NCBI GenBank assembly: GCA_040752005.1
Contig: JBFMFX010000017.1
Location: 10,871 to 74,870 of the forward strand
Direction of reading: 5' to 3'
Length of the DNA stretch: 64,000 bases
Source of the DNA: Pseudomonadota bacterium
GTDB lineage: Bacteria; Pseudomonadota; Gammaproteobacteria; Burkholderiales; SG8-39
In this document: piece by piece, positions 1 to 9,873 of the stretch
How positions within the stretch are numbered: position 1 is the stretch's first letter
How the letters are laid out: every line of letters begins with the position of its first letter
Made by a program: the position numbers and the translations under genes
The notes under the pieces: model-generated
Databases searched by the model: none
Seen by the model: only the letters and a program-made list of their open reading frames with translations
Told to the model about the DNA's origin: nothing

Positions 1-490
1 GGTGCCGGTACTTGGTGTCCAGAACCCACTCCACCATCGGCCAGGCCATCTGCGGAAAACCCGGCACGAACCAGTGCGCGCGGATCGCGAAACCGGGGAT
101 GCGGTTGAAGGGATTCGGAATGATCTCGGCGCCCGCCGGGAATTCGCCCATCTTGAGGCGCTGCGGCGTCGTCTGGGCGCCGAAGCGGCCGCGGATTTCT
201 CGTTCGGCCTCAGGATGAAGCTCCAGCGGCACGCCGAGCGCGGCGGCCGCGCACTGGCGCGTGTGGTCGTCGGGCGTGGCGCCGATCCCGCCGAAGCTGA
301 AGACGATGTCGCCGGAGGCAAAGCTCACCCGCAGTGCCGCAGTGAGGCGGACCGGATCATCGCCGAGGTACTGGCACCACGCGAGCCTCAGGCTCCGCTT
401 CGCCAGCGCCCCGGCGAGAAAGCCCAGGTGCTTGTCCTGCCGCTTGCCGAGCAGGATCTCGTCGCCGATCACGAACGCGCCGAACGCCAT
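1..490 (-). CDS. Molybdopterin-binding (MoaB/MogA/CinA N-terminal type) domain protein; C-terminus lies beyond the window start
   Basis: Reverse translation from ATG 490-488 gives MAFGAFVIGDEILLGKRQDKHLGFLAGALAKRSL...FSFGGIGATPDDHTRQ, typical of this fold. High GC3. Missing from the ORF track because it is truncated by the window edge. Confidence 0.75.
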   Translation of the reverse strand, partial: MAFGAFVIGDEILLGKRQDKHLGFLAGALAKRSLRLAWCQYLGDDPVRLTAALRVSFASGDIVFSFGGIGATPDDHTRQCAAAALGVPLELHPEAEREIRGRFGAQTTPQRLKMGEFPAGAEIIPNPFNRIPGFAIRAHWFVPGFPQMAWPMVEWVLDTKYRH

Positions 491-496
491 CGCAAG

Positions 497-502
497 ATTC
501 TA
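497..502 (-). promoter_or_regulatory. -10-like TAGAAT hexamer 6 nt upstream of the ATG at 490 (leaderless-type arrangement)
   Basis: Minus strand reads TAGAAT-cttgcg-ATG. No SD can fit in 6 nt. Confidence 0.35.
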
Positions 503-581
503 GCGGCGACCTCGGGCGACGCCGGACGCCCGCACCCCCCTCCGGCCCGGGGCAGGCGCGCGGCCTCTGCTAGCATGGCAG

Positions 582-596
582 ATAGGACAGCCCTAT
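582..596 (+). promoter_or_regulatory. LTTR/OxyR-type box ATAG-N7-CTAT overlapping the oxyR start codon
   Basis: The sequence gATAGgacagccCTATg is read directly. It matches the ATAGnnnnnnnCTAT half of the OxyR consensus and the T-N11-A rule. Only one clean half-site was found. Confidence 0.35.
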
Positions 597-1497
597 GACT
601 CTCACTGAACTGAAATACGTGGTCGCGGTGGCCGAGGAACGGCATTTCGGCCGCGCCGCCGAGCGCTGTTTCGTCAGCCAGCCGAGCCTGTCGGCCGCGG
701 TCAAGAACCTGGAGGAGGAACTCGGGGTGAAGCTGTTCGAGCGCGGCAAGCGCGGCGTGCTGCTCACCGAGGCCGGCGAGCGCATCGTCGCACAGGCGCG
801 CCGCGCGCTGGAGGAAGCCGAGCGCGTGAAGCTCGTCGCCCGCCAGGGGCGCGATCCGCTCAAGGGCACGCTGCGGCTCGGGATCATCCACACCGTCGCG
901 CCGTACCTGCTCCCCGACCTCGTCGCCGCGCTGCGGCGCGCGGCGCCGGAGATGCCGCTCGATGTCGAGGAAAACATCACGGCCACGCTCGATCGCATGC
1001 TGCGCGCGGGCGAGCTCGACGCGGTGATCCTCGCCCTACCCTACGAGGCGCCCGGTATCGAGACCGTGCCGCTTTACGAGGAGACATTCAAGGTCGTCGC
1101 GCCCGCGAAGCACCCGCTCGGGCGCCGGCGCGCGATCGCGGTCGAGGAGCTGGATGCGGGCGAGCTGCTGCTGCTTCCGGTGGGACACTGCTTCCGTGAC
1201 CAGGTGCTCGATGCCTGCACCGAGTTCTCGCGCCCGCCCGAGCCCGGCCGCCAGGGCAATTCGCTCCAGACGCTGCGCAGCATGGTCGCCTCCGGTCTCG
1301 GCATCACGGTGCTGCCGGCGACGGCGCTCACGCCGCGCTACGCCAATCCGCTCGTCAAGGCGATTGACTTCACCGAGCCGCGGCCGGCGCGCCGCATCGC
1401 GCTCGCGTGGCGCCGGGGCTTTTACCGCGCGGCGGCGCTCGAGCGCCTCGCCGAGCTGATCCGCGGCCTCGAGCTGCCTGTCACGCGCCTGCAGTAG
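595..1497 (+). CDS. oxyR: LysR-family peroxide-sensing regulator OxyR
   Basis: The N-terminal wHTH (MTLTELKYVVAVAEERHFGRAAERCFVSQPSLS) is present. GHCFRDQVLDAC keeps both redox cysteines, equivalent to C199 and C208. Confidence 0.9.
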   Translation: MTLTELKYVVAVAEERHFGRAAERCFVSQPSLSAAVKNLEEELGVKLFERGKRGVLLTEAGERIVAQARRALEEAERVKLVARQGRDPLKGTLRLGIIHTVAPYLLPDLVAALRRAAPEMPLDVEENITATLDRMLRAGELDAVILALPYEAPGIETVPLYEETFKVVAPAKHPLGRRRAIAVEELDAGELLLLPVGHCFRDQVLDACTEFSRPPEPGRQGNSLQTLRSMVASGLGITVLPATALTPRYANPLVKAIDFTEPRPARRIALAWRRGFYRAAALERLAELIRGLELPVTRLQ

Positions 1498-2245
1498 TCA
1501 TCCGGGGCCGCGCCGCCGCGTCGCGCGCCGCCGCGCGCAGCGCCTGCAGCTCCGCGAGCAGATAGTGGGCGAAGGCGAGTCCGACGACCACCGGCGCAAG
1601 CAGACCGAGGATCGGCACATAGGCGATGAGCGCAAGCACGAAACCGAGCGCGTAGAGCCGGCCCCGGTGCGCGCGAAAGAGCGCGCGCATTTCCTCCGCA
1701 TCGGCGTGCTCGGCGAGCGCGTCGTAACGCAGGATCCGCTGGTTGACCCAGGCGAGGATCGCGACCGGAATGAGCGGCCACAGCGGCGGGAAGAGCCACA
1801 GCGGCGCCGACAGCACCGCGAGCGCGACCATGCCGGCGAGCGCGACGAGGCTGTTCCAGACGCTGCCCGCCACGCCGCCGCCGCCGCGGCGCGCGAGGTC
1901 GGGAAAGCGGGTCGCCGCCACGTGCTCGACGATCGCCGGCATGCCGAAGGCGCCGACGATGAGGAGCACGGTGAGCGCCACCAGCGGCACGAACAGCAGC
2001 ACGAGCAGCGCATGCGCGAGAAAGAGCGCCACGTCGGCGTAGCCGAGCGCGAAGGCGAGTATCGAGGTCTCGATCCAGGAGCGCATCGCCTCGGCGAGCC
2101 AGAGCGCCGCCCGCATCCAGAACAGGAGCGCCGCCGCGCCCCAGACGACGAGCGCGAGCAGCATTGGCCAGATCATCAGCCAGAGCATGCGCGGGTGAAC
2201 CGCGTGCACCAGCGCCCAGGCGAGCGCGCGCGCGACGGGACTCAT
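1481..2245 (-). CDS. EI24/CysZ-like integral membrane protein
   Basis: The start is trimmed to MSPVARALAW within ORF 1481..2539. The protein has multiple hydrophobic helices. Its ATG overlaps the hrpA stop (ATGA at 2242-2245). Confidence 0.7.
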   Translation of the reverse strand: MSPVARALAWALVHAVHPRMLWLMIWPMLLALVVWGAAALLFWMRAALWLAEAMRSWIETSILAFALGYADVALFLAHALLVLLFVPLVALTVLLIVGAFGMPAIVEHVAATRFPDLARRGGGGVAGSVWNSLVALAGMVALAVLSAPLWLFPPLWPLIPVAILAWVNQRILRYDALAEHADAEEMRALFRAHRGRLYALGFVLALIAYVPILGLLAPVVVGLAFAHYLLAELQALRAAARDAAARPRMTTAGA

Positions 2246-5200
2246 CGGCGCATACTCTGCCACAGGCGCGCGAGGCGCTTGGCCGACACCGGCACCGGGG
2301 TCTTCAGCTCCTGCGCGAAAAGCGAGACACGCAGCTCCTCGAGCAGCCAGCCGAACTGCTCCAACTCCGGCGTGAGCGCGCCGTCGCGTGCGCGCGCCGC
2401 GACCGCGCGGCGCCACGCCTGATCGAGCGGCGCGATTTCCGCCATGCGCGCGGCGTCGCGCGCGGGGTCGGCGCGCAGCTTCTCCAGTCGCAGCGAGGCG
2501 GCCTTGAGGTAGCGCGGCAGGTGTCGCAGGCGCTCCCACGGCGTACGCGCGACGAAGCCGGACGCGAGCAGCCGCCCGACCTGCTCGCGCACATCCGCCA
2601 CGGCCTGCGGGAACGCCTTCTGCGCCGCGGCAAGGCGTCTTTCCAGTTCCGAGCGCTCGGCAAGGATCGCCGCCACCTGCCGCTCCAGTTCCTGGGCGAT
2701 CAGCGACAGCCGGCTGCGGCCCTCCTGCACGCGGCGGGTGAACTCGGCCTGCTTCATCGGCAGGCCGTCGGCGAGAAACGTGCGCGCGAGCGCGGCGACC
2801 AGGAGATCGTCCCCGTGCGGCGCGAGCAGCATGTTGCGCGCGAGCGCTTTCTCGATGTCGCGCAGCCGGTCGCGGAACGCGATCCGCAGCAGCCGCAGTA
2901 CGCCGGCGCGATGCACCTCCCTTGCCCGCTCCGGCGATTCAAAGACCTCGATCGTGACCGCGTCGCCGAGATCCGCGAGCCCCGGGTAACCGACGAGCGT
3001 GTGCCCGCCGCGACGCAGTGTCATCACTTCTTCCAGATCGCCGAACATCCAGGCGGTGTAGCGCCCGCATTCTTCCGTCTCGATCTCGCTTCGCAGCGCC
3101 GATTGCGTCTGCGGGGCGAACTGCGCCTTGAGCGCCGCCAGATCGCGCCCCATGCCGAGCTGCCGCCCGTCGGCATCCACGACGCGGAAATTCATGCGCA
3201 GGTGCGGCGGCGCCGAGGCCGGGCGGAACGCGTCGCCCGGCACTTCGAGCTGGTACCGTTCGCGCAGGTACCGCGCCAGGGCTTCGGCGAGCGGCGTGTC
3301 GGCGGGCGGCACCGCGGCGACGAATTCGCGCGCGAACCCCTCCAGCGCGCCCTGCCGCTGGCGCAGCCGCTGCGGCATGCCCTTCGCGAGCACCTGCACT
3401 TTTTCCTTCAGCATCCCGGGCACCAGCCACTCGCAGCGCGCCGCCGGCACCTGGTTGAGGAGGGCCACCGGAACGGTCATCGTGACGCCGTCGCGCGGCG
3501 AACCGGGCTCGAAACGGTATTCGAGCGCGAAGCAGTTCGGGCCGAGCGCGATACTGTGCGGGAAGTTCTCGGTGGTGATCCCCGCCGCCTCGTGGCGCAT
3601 CAGGTCCTCGCGGCGAAGGTAAAGCAGCCGCGGATCGGAGCGCTCGGCCTCCTTGCGCCATTTCTCGAAATCGGCGCCGCTGCTGATGCCCTCGGGCACC
3701 CGCGCGTCGTAGAAGGCGTAGATCAGCTCGTCGTCCACCAGGATGTCGGGGCGACGCGACTTGTGCTCCAGGCGCTCGATTTCGGCGATGAGCCGCCGGT
3801 TGTGGGCGAAGAACGGCGCCCGGGTTTCGTACTCGCCCTCGACCAGGGCCGAACGGATGAAGATTGCGCGCGCGAGTTTCGGGTCTCGCGGACCGTAATG
3901 GATCCGCCGGTCGCTGTACACCGGCAGGCCGTACAGCGTACCGCGCTCGAAGGCGACCACCTGCGCGCGGGATTTTTCCCAGTGCGGCCGCTCGGCGTGG
4001 CGCCGGATGACGTGCGCGCCGATCTCCTCGAGCCACTTCGGGTCCACGGTCGCCACCGTGCGCGCATAGAGCCGCGTCGTCTCGACGAGCTCGGCGGCGA
4101 CGATCCACTTGCCCGGCTTTCTCGCGCCCGAGCCGGGATGCACCCAGAACCGGATCCCGCGCGCGCCGGTGTAATGCCCCTCGGCCTCGTCCTTCATGCC
4201 GACGTTGCCGAGCAGCCCCGCGAGCAGCGCGCGGTGGATCGCGCGATAGCCTTCCGGCTTCTCGGGGTTGGCGTGCGATTCCTTCCAGCCCATCTCGCGC
4301 ACGGCCTCGGCGAGCTGCCGGTGGACGTCGCGCCATTCGCGCATTCTGGGGTAGGAGAGGAAGTTCTCCCGGCACTCGCGACGCGACGGCCCGTCGGGGA
4401 ACGCCTTCCAGAGCTTGAGGAACGCGAGGAAATCCGAGCGCTCGTCGGCAAAGCGCACGTGCCGCTCGTCGGCCGCCGCGGCCTTCTCCAGCGGCCGCTC
4501 GCGCGGATCCTGCACCGAAAGCGCCGCGGCGATGACCAGCGTCTCGGCGAGGCAGCCTTCGTCGCGCGCGGCGACGAGCATCCGGCCGATGCGCGGATCG
4601 AGCGGCAGGCGCGCGAGCTCGCGCCCGATCGCCGTGAGCGCGTTGCGCTCGTCCACCGCGCCGAGCTCCGCGAGCAGCGCGTAGCCGTCGGCGATTGCGC
4701 GCGCCGCGGGCGGGTCGGGAAACGGGAACTCCTCCACCTTTCCGAGATCGAGCGCGAGCGCGCGCAGGATGACGCCGGCGAGCGAGGAGCGCAGCAGCTC
4801 GGGATCGGTGTGGGCCGGGCGCGCGTCGAAGTCCTCCTGCGAGTAGAGGCGGAAGCACACGCCGTCGGCGACGCGTCCACAGCGGCCGGCGCGCTGCTTC
4901 GCCGCGGCCTTCGACACCGGTTCGATGCGCAGCTGTTCGACCTTGTTGCGATAGCTATAGCGCTTGATGCGCGCAAGGCCGGTGTCCACGACGTAGCGGA
5001 TGCGCGGCACGGTGAGCGAGGTTTCCGCGACGTTGGTGGCGAGCACGATGCGGCGCAGCGCCCCCGGCCGGAAGACGCGGTCCTGCTCGGCCGCCGAGAG
5101 CCGGCTGTAGAGAGGCAGGATTTCCACGTCGCGCAGGCGCCTTGCGCGGATCGCCTCGGCCGCCTCGCGGATCTCGCGCTCGCCGGGAAGAAACACGAGA

Positions 5201-5895
5201 ATGTCGCCGGGCCCGGAGCGGCAGGCTTCCTCGACCGCGTCGGCGAGCGCGTCTTCCTCCTCCTCGCGCGTCGTGTCCTCCGCATCGCCCGCCACTTCGC
5301 GCCAGCGGATCTCCACCGGGTAGAGTCGGCCCGAGACCTCGATCACCGGCGCCGGCCGACCGCCGAAGGCGAAATGCCGCGCGAACTTCTCCGCGTCGAG
5401 GGTCGCCGAGGTGACGACGAGCCTGAGGTCGGGCCGGCGCGGCAGCAGCCGCCTGAGATAGCCGAGCAGAAAGTCCATGTTGAGGTTCCGCTCGTGCGCC
5501 TCGTCGAGCACGAGGGTGTCGTAGGCGGCGAGCTCCGGGTCGCTCTGCGTCTCGGCAAGCAGGATGCCGTCGGTCATGAGCTTCACCACCGTGTCCTTGG
5601 CGACGCGGTCGGTGAAGCGCACCTTGTAGCCGACCGCACCGCCGAGCGCCACGCCCAGCTCCGCGGCGATGCGCGCGGCGACCGAGCGCGCGGCGATGCG
5701 CCGCGGCTGGGTGTGGCCGATCATTCCGGCCGCACCGCGCCCCATCGCGAGCAGGATCTTCGGGATCTGCGTCGTCTTGCCCGAGCCGGTTTCGCCGCAG
5801 ACGATCACCGCCGGGTGCTCGGCCACCGCGCGCGCGATCTCCTCGCGCTTTGCGGTGATCGGCAGCGCGGGGTCGAATTCCAGCCGAAAGTTCAT
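2242..5895 (-). CDS. hrpA: ATP-dependent RNA helicase HrpA (DEAH box)
   Basis: 1217 aa. Contains the GETGSGKTTQIPK Walker A, DEAHERNL, TNVAETSLTVP and a HrpA-type C-terminal extension. Confidence 0.95.
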   Translation of the reverse strand: MNFRLEFDPALPITAKREEIARAVAEHPAVIVCGETGSGKTTQIPKILLAMGRGAAGMIGHTQPRRIAARSVAARIAAELGVALGGAVGYKVRFTDRVAKDTVVKLMTDGILLAETQSDPELAAYDTLVLDEAHERNLNMDFLLGYLRRLLPRRPDLRLVVTSATLDAEKFARHFAFGGRPAPVIEVSGRLYPVEIRWREVAGDAEDTTREEEEDALADAVEEACRSGPGDILVFLPGEREIREAAEAIRARRLRDVEILPLYSRLSAAEQDRVFRPGALRRIVLATNVAETSLTVPRIRYVVDTGLARIKRYSYRNKVEQLRIEPVSKAAAKQRAGRCGRVADGVCFRLYSQEDFDARPAHTDPELLRSSLAGVILRALALDLGKVEEFPFPDPPAARAIADGYALLAELGAVDERNALTAIGRELARLPLDPRIGRMLVAARDEGCLAETLVIAAALSVQDPRERPLEKAAAADERHVRFADERSDFLAFLKLWKAFPDGPSRRECRENFLSYPRMREWRDVHRQLAEAVREMGWKESHANPEKPEGYRAIHRALLAGLLGNVGMKDEAEGHYTGARGIRFWVHPGSGARKPGKWIVAAELVETTRLYARTVATVDPKWLEEIGAHVIRRHAERPHWEKSRAQVVAFERGTLYGLPVYSDRRIHYGPRDPKLARAIFIRSALVEGEYETRAPFFAHNRRLIAEIERLEHKSRRPDILVDDELIYAFYDARVPEGISSGADFEKWRKEAERSDPRLLYLRREDLMRHEAAGITTENFPHSIALGPNCFALEYRFEPGSPRDGVTMTVPVALLNQVPAARCEWLVPGMLKEKVQVLAKGMPQRLRQRQGALEGFAREFVAAVPPADTPLAEALARYLRERYQLEVPGDAFRPASAPPHLRMNFRVVDADGRQLGMGRDLAALKAQFAPQTQSALRSEIETEECGRYTAWMFGDLEEVMTLRRGGHTLVGYPGLADLGDAVTIEVFESPERAREVHRAGVLRLLRIAFRDRLRDIEKALARNMLLAPHGDDLLVAALARTFLADGLPMKQAEFTRRVQEGRSRLSLIAQELERQVAAILAERSELERRLAAAQKAFPQAVADVREQVGRLLASGFVARTPWERLRHLPRYLKAASLRLEKLRADPARDAARMAEIAPLDQAWRRAVAARARDGALTPELEQFGWLLEELRVSLFAQELKTPVPVSAKRLARLWQSMRR

Positions 5896-6449
5896 GCTCT
5901 TGCGCGAAGGCGCTCGAGATAGCGGGCGATCAGGTCAACTTCCAGATTCACCTTCGCGCCGGGCCGGAGCCGCTTGAGGGTGGTTACCCTCAGCGTGTGC
6001 GGGATGAGGAACACCTCGAAGTCCGCTCCGCGCACGCGGTTCACCGTCAGGCTGACGCCGTCCACCGCGATCGAGCCCTTGCGCGCGATGTAGCGCGCAA
6101 GCCGGCGCGGCGCGCGGATGCGAGTGACGCCGTCCTCGACCGAAACGACCCGCCCGACACCGTCCACATGGCCGGTGACGAAGTGCCCGCCGAGACGCTC
6201 GCCGATCGCGAGCGACTTTTCCAGGTTCACCTCGCCGGGTGCATCGAGCCCCGCGGTGACCGAAAGCGTCTCGCGCGAGACGTCGAACGCGAGCCGCCGC
6301 CCGCGCTTGGCGGTAACGGTCAGGCAGACGCCCTGCACGCACACCGAGTCGCCGACCCGCACGTCGCGAAGCGCAAGTCCGTCCGCGTCCACCACGAACG
6401 GCCGGGTGGAGACGATGCGGCCGACGGCCTGGACGATGCCGGTGAACAT
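5892..6449 (-). CDS. ribE: Riboflavin synthase (alpha chain, RibE/RibC)
   Basis: [12 protein letters not shown]...GDSVCVQGVCLTV...GHVDGVG...SIAVDGVSLTV shows the two lumazine-binding repeats. The start is trimmed inside ORF 5892..7283. The stop overlaps the hrpA ATG (ATGA). Confidence 0.92.
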   Translation of the reverse strand: MFTGIVQAVGRIVSTRPFVVDADGLALRDVRVGDSVCVQGVCLTVTAKRGRRLAFDVSRETLSVTAGLDAPGEVNLEKSLAIGERLGGHFVTGHVDGVGRVVSVEDGVTRIRAPRRLARYIARKGSIAVDGVSLTVNRVRGADFEVFLIPHTLRVTTLKRLRPGAKVNLEVDLIARYLERLRARA

Positions 6450-7519
6450 CAGCGTAACCGGGCGATGAGGCGCAGATCCCCGCCCACGCGCTCGACCGAG
6501 TGGATGCGCAGCCGAATCCGTTCGTCGAGCAAGGCAACCGCCGGCAGTTCCACCATGCCCTGCGCGGCATCGCCGAGCAGGCTCGGATTGAGGTAGATCA
6601 GGAACTCGTCCACGCAGCCTTCGCGCACGAGCGAGCCGTTGAGGCGAAACCCCGCCTCGACGTGCAGCTCGTTGACCCCGCGGCGCGCAAGCTCCTCCAG
6701 CATCGCCGGCAGCTCGACCTTGCCGCGTGCGTTCGGCAGCACCACCACGTCCGCGTTCGGCGGTGTCCTCCCTCCCTGGGCTGCGAAGATCAGCACGCGC
6801 TCGCCGGCGAGGATGCGCGCCGAATCGGGAATCTCCAGCCGGCTGTCCACCACCACGCGCAGCGGCTGGCGCGGCGTGTCCACCGCGCGCACCGTAAGCT
6901 GGGGATCGTCGGCCTTGACCGTGCCGATGCCGGTGAGCAGCGCGCAGGCGCGCGCGCGCCAGCGGTGGCCGTCGGCGCGCGCCTCCGGCCCGGTGATCCA
7001 GCGGCTGCGGCCGTCGGCGAGCGCGGTGCGGCCGTCCAGCGTCGCGGCGATCTTCATGCGCACCCACGGGCGGCCGCGCGTCATGCGCGAAAAAAAACCG
7101 ATGTTCAGCTCGCGCGCCGCCTCCTCGAGCAGGCCGAACTCGACGCGCACGCCGGCCGCGGCGAGCGCCTCGCCGCCGCGGCGCGCCAGCGGATTCGGGT
7201 CGCGCACCGCCGCCACCACGCGCGCGATGCCGGCGCGCGCGAGCGCCTCGGCGCAGGGGGGTGTCCTGCCGTAATGGTTGCACGGCTCCAGCGTCACGTA
7301 CGCCGTCGCGCCCCTCGCCGCGCCTCCGGCCGCGGCAAGCGCGTTCGCCTCGGCATGCGGCGCGCCGGCCTGCTCGTGCCAGCCTTCGCCGACGATGCGG
7401 TTGCCTTGCGCGATCACGCAGCCAACGCGCGGGTTGGGCGTCGCGGTGTACAAGCCCCGCTCGGCGAGCGCGAGCGCGCGCGCCATCATCGCCCGGTCGA
7501 GGCCGGAGAAGCCGCTCAC
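6449..7519 (-). CDS. ribD: Bifunctional diaminohydroxyphosphoribosylaminopyrimidine deaminase / 5-amino-6-(5-phosphoribosylamino)uracil reductase RibD
   Basis: [25 protein letters not shown]...HAE...[14 protein letters not shown] is the CDA zinc motif, followed by a reductase domain. The start is either GTG 7519 (GTGA overlap with the nrdR stop) or ATG 7489. Confidence 0.9.
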   Translation of the reverse strand: MSGFSGLDRAMMARALALAERGLYTATPNPRVGCVIAQGNRIVGEGWHEQAGAPHAEANALAAAGGAARGATAYVTLEPCNHYGRTPPCAEALARAGIARVVAAVRDPNPLARRGGEALAAAGVRVEFGLLEEAARELNIGFFSRMTRGRPWVRMKIAATLDGRTALADGRSRWITGPEARADGHRWRARACALLTGIGTVKADDPQLTVRAVDTPRQPLRVVVDSRLEIPDSARILAGERVLIFAAQGGRTPPNADVVVLPNARGKVELPAMLEELARRGVNELHVEAGFRLNGSLVREGCVDEFLIYLNPSLLGDAAQGMVELPAVALLDERIRLRIHSVERVGGDLRLIARLR

Positions 7520-7983
7520 CGCCTGCGGCGGCGCGAAGCCTTCACTTCCTGCACCGCCTCGCGGAAGTCGTCCGGCGTCTCGAAGCTGCGGTACACCGAG
7601 GCGAACCGGATGTAGGCGATCTTGTCGAGCTTCGCCAGCTCGCGCATGACCAGGTCGCCGACGCGGCTGGTGGGAATTTCGCGCTCGCCGAGCGAGCGCA
7701 GCTTTTCCTCGATCCGGTCCACCGCCGCATCCACCGCCTCGGTCGCGACCGGCCGTTTCCTGAGCGCGAGCATCATGCTGCCCACCAGCTTTTCGCGGTC
7801 GTAGTCGGCGCGCGTGCCGTCCTTCTTGACCAGCCGCGGCATGCGCAGCTCGACCCGCTCGTAGGTGGTGAAGCGCTTGTCGCACTTCGGGCAGCGCCGG
7901 CGCCGGCGTACCACGTTCGCGCCGGGGTTGGAGCGCGTGTCCACTACGCTGGTGTCCTCGTGCGAGCAGAACGGGCAGCGCAT
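7516..7983 (-). CDS. nrdR: Transcriptional repressor NrdR
   Basis: [17 protein letters not shown]...[12 protein letters not shown] is the zinc ribbon, followed by an ATP-cone. Confidence 0.95.
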   Translation of the reverse strand: MRCPFCSHEDTSVVDTRSNPGANVVRRRRRCPKCDKRFTTYERVELRMPRLVKKDGTRADYDREKLVGSMMLALRKRPVATEAVDAAVDRIEEKLRSLGEREIPTSRVGDLVMRELAKLDKIAYIRFASVYRSFETPDDFREAVQEVKASRRRRR

Positions 7984-7992
7984 CGGCGCGCC

Positions 7993-9231
7993 TCAGCCGT
8001 AGACCGGGAATCGCGCGCACAGCGCGGCGACCTCGCGCCGCACGCGCTCGACGCGCAGCGTGTCCGATGGAGCCTCGATCACGTCGGCGATCAGCTCGGC
8101 GAGCCGCTCGGCCTCCTCCTCGCGCATGCCGCGCGTGGTCATCGCCGGCGTGCCGATGCGGATCCCGGAAGTCACCGTGGGCTTTTCCGGATCGTGCGGC
8201 ACGGCGTTCTTGTTCACCGTGATGTGCGCGCGCCCGAGCGCCTCCTCCGCCGCCTGGCCGGTGATGCCCTTCGTGCGCAGGTCCACCAGGAACATGTGGC
8301 ACTCGGTGCGCCCGGAGACGATCCGCAGGCCGCGGCGCGCGAGCGTCTCGGCCATGACGCGCGCGTTCTTCATCACCTGAACCTGATAGTCACGGAACTC
8401 GGGCCGCGCCGCCTCGGCGAGCGCCACCGCTTTCGCCGCGATCGCGTGCATCAGCGGGCCGCCCTGGATGCCGGGAAACACCGCCGAATCGAGCGCGCGC
8501 GCGTGCTCGGCGTTGGCGAGGATCATGCCGCCGCGCGGCCCGCGCAGCGTCTTGTGCGTGGTGGTGGTGACGACGTCGGCGATCCCGACCGGGCTCGGGT
8601 AGAGCCCGGCCGCGACCAGCCCGGCGTAGTGCGCGATGTCGGCCACCAGCACCGCGTCCACCTCGTCGGCGATGTGGCGCAGCCGCTGCCAGTCAATGCG
8701 CAGCGAATAGGCGGAGGCGCCGGCGACGATGACGCGCGGGTTGTGCTCGAGCGCCAGCTTCTCCGCCTCCGCGTAGTCGAGCACCTCGTCGGCGTCGAGG
8801 CCGTAGGAGATCGCGCGGTAGAGCTTGCCGCTCGAATTCACCGCCGCGCCGTGCGTGAGGTGCCCACCGTGCGCGAGGGACATGCCGAGAATCGTATCGC
8901 CGGGCCTGAGAAACGCGAGATATACGGCCTGGTTCGCCTGCGAACCCGAATGCGGCTGCACGTTGGCGTACTCGGCGCCGAACAGGCGCTTGGCACGCTC
9001 GATCGCCAGGTGCTCGGCGATATCCACGAAGGCGCAGCCGCCGTAATAGCGCCGTCCGGGGTAGCCCTCGGCATACTTGTTGGTGAGGAGCGACCCCTGC
9101 GCCGCGAGCACCGCGGGGCTGGCGTAATTCTCCGAGGCAATCAGCTCGACGTGCTCTTCCTGGCGCCGCGTTTCCTGGCGGATCGCCTGGAAAACCTCCG
9201 GATCGGTCTGCTCCAGGGTGGCGGCAAGCAT
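7993..9231 (-). CDS. glyA: Serine hydroxymethyltransferase
   Basis: 412 aa. Contains [30 protein letters not shown] and [14 protein letters not shown] (the PLP lysine). Confidence 0.97.
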   Translation of the reverse strand: MLAATLEQTDPEVFQAIRQETRRQEEHVELIASENYASPAVLAAQGSLLTNKYAEGYPGRRYYGGCAFVDIAEHLAIERAKRLFGAEYANVQPHSGSQANQAVYLAFLRPGDTILGMSLAHGGHLTHGAAVNSSGKLYRAISYGLDADEVLDYAEAEKLALEHNPRVIVAGASAYSLRIDWQRLRHIADEVDAVLVADIAHYAGLVAAGLYPSPVGIADVVTTTTHKTLRGPRGGMILANAEHARALDSAVFPGIQGGPLMHAIAAKAVALAEAARPEFRDYQVQVMKNARVMAETLARRGLRIVSGRTECHMFLVDLRTKGITGQAAEEALGRAHITVNKNAVPHDPEKPTVTSGIRIGTPAMTTRGMREEEAERLAELIADVIEAPSDTLRVERVRREVAALCARFPVYG

Positions 9232-9294
9232 GGTGCGGGGTGGCGCGAGGCGGCGAAGGGGCGAATTCTACTCGACCCCCGGCGCGCGCCCGGT

Positions 9295-9873
9295 CTATAC
9301 CGTCGCCGGCGGCGCGAGGTCGGAGGGGCGGTCTATGTCGCGCAGGACCCCGGGATCGCCCACCGGCACCTTGACGATTCTGTCCTCGTGCGCGGCGAGG
9401 ATCGCTCGCGCGCCCTCGTCGCCGGCGCAGCGCTCCAGCAGGGCACGAAAGCGCGCCGAAAAGCCCACCGGATGGCCGCGGCGGGCCCGGTAGTACGGCG
9501 CCGCGATCGGGGCGCCGGCGGCGAGCGCGTCGCGCACCGCGGCGATCGTGCTCGGGCGCACGAACGGCATGTCGGCGAGCGCGACGAGCCACCCGTCGGC
9601 GTCGGCCGCAGCGCGCACGCCGCAGGCAAGGCTCGCGCCCATGCCCTCGGCGGCGCCCGCGCAGAACACCGTCTCGCAGCCCTCCTCGGCGAGCAGCCGC
9701 CCGATTTCCTCGGCGCCCGGCCGCAGCACCGCGAGCACGCGCGCCAGCTCCGCACGGAGGTTTCTCGCCGCCTGCGCCGCCATCAGGACGCCGTGCGGCA
9801 GGGGGTGCAGCAGCTTGTCCGAGCCGAAGCGGCTGGCCGATCCCGCCGCGAGCAGCAGGCCGACGAGCTTCAA
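9295..9873 (-). CDS. MobA/MocA-like nucleotidyltransferase (probable molybdenum cofactor cytidylyltransferase)
   Basis: LLLAAGSASRFGSDKLL is the NTP-transferase motif. The start is set at TTG 9873 (TTGA overlap with the xdhC stop) rather than at the longer ORF start 9945. Confidence 0.75.
   Translation of the reverse strand: MKLVGLLLAAGSASRFGSDKLLHPLPHGVLMAAQAARNLRAELARVLAVLRPGAEEIGRLLAEEGCETVFCAGAAEGMGASLACGVRAAADADGWLVALADMPFVRPSTIAAVRDALAAGAPIAAPYYRARRGHPVGFSARFRALLERCAGDEGARAILAAHEDRIVKVPVGDPGVLRDIDRPSDLAPPATV

Noticed and set aside
2164-5922. 1252-aa plus-strand ORF antisense to hrpA. Similar giant antisense ORFs occur at 7261..10143, 9963..12425, 12825..15917, 45778..49218 (except its 3' tail) and 59822..62674.
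   Set aside because: Their translations are Arg/Ala/Gly/Pro-rich and low-complexity with no recognisable motifs. Each lies opposite a gene with strong family signatures. Long stop-free antisense frames are expected at about 70% GC.
7090-7097. 8-nt homopolymer runs inside coding sequence (ribD 7090-7097; czcC signal peptide 18705-18712) as possible slippage or phase-variation sites.
   Set aside because: Both are in frame and encode Phe-Phe in sensible contexts (IGFFSRM; CLVFFLA). The run length is short for phase variation and there is no evidence of frameshifted copies.
9232-9294. Possible ZTP or other riboswitch upstream of glyA, and likewise upstream of purM at 51157..51332.
   Set aside because: The glyA leader is only about 30 nt after the TAGAAT. 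Neither region shows the conserved ZTP (pfl) core or any extended pseudoknot-capable structure.
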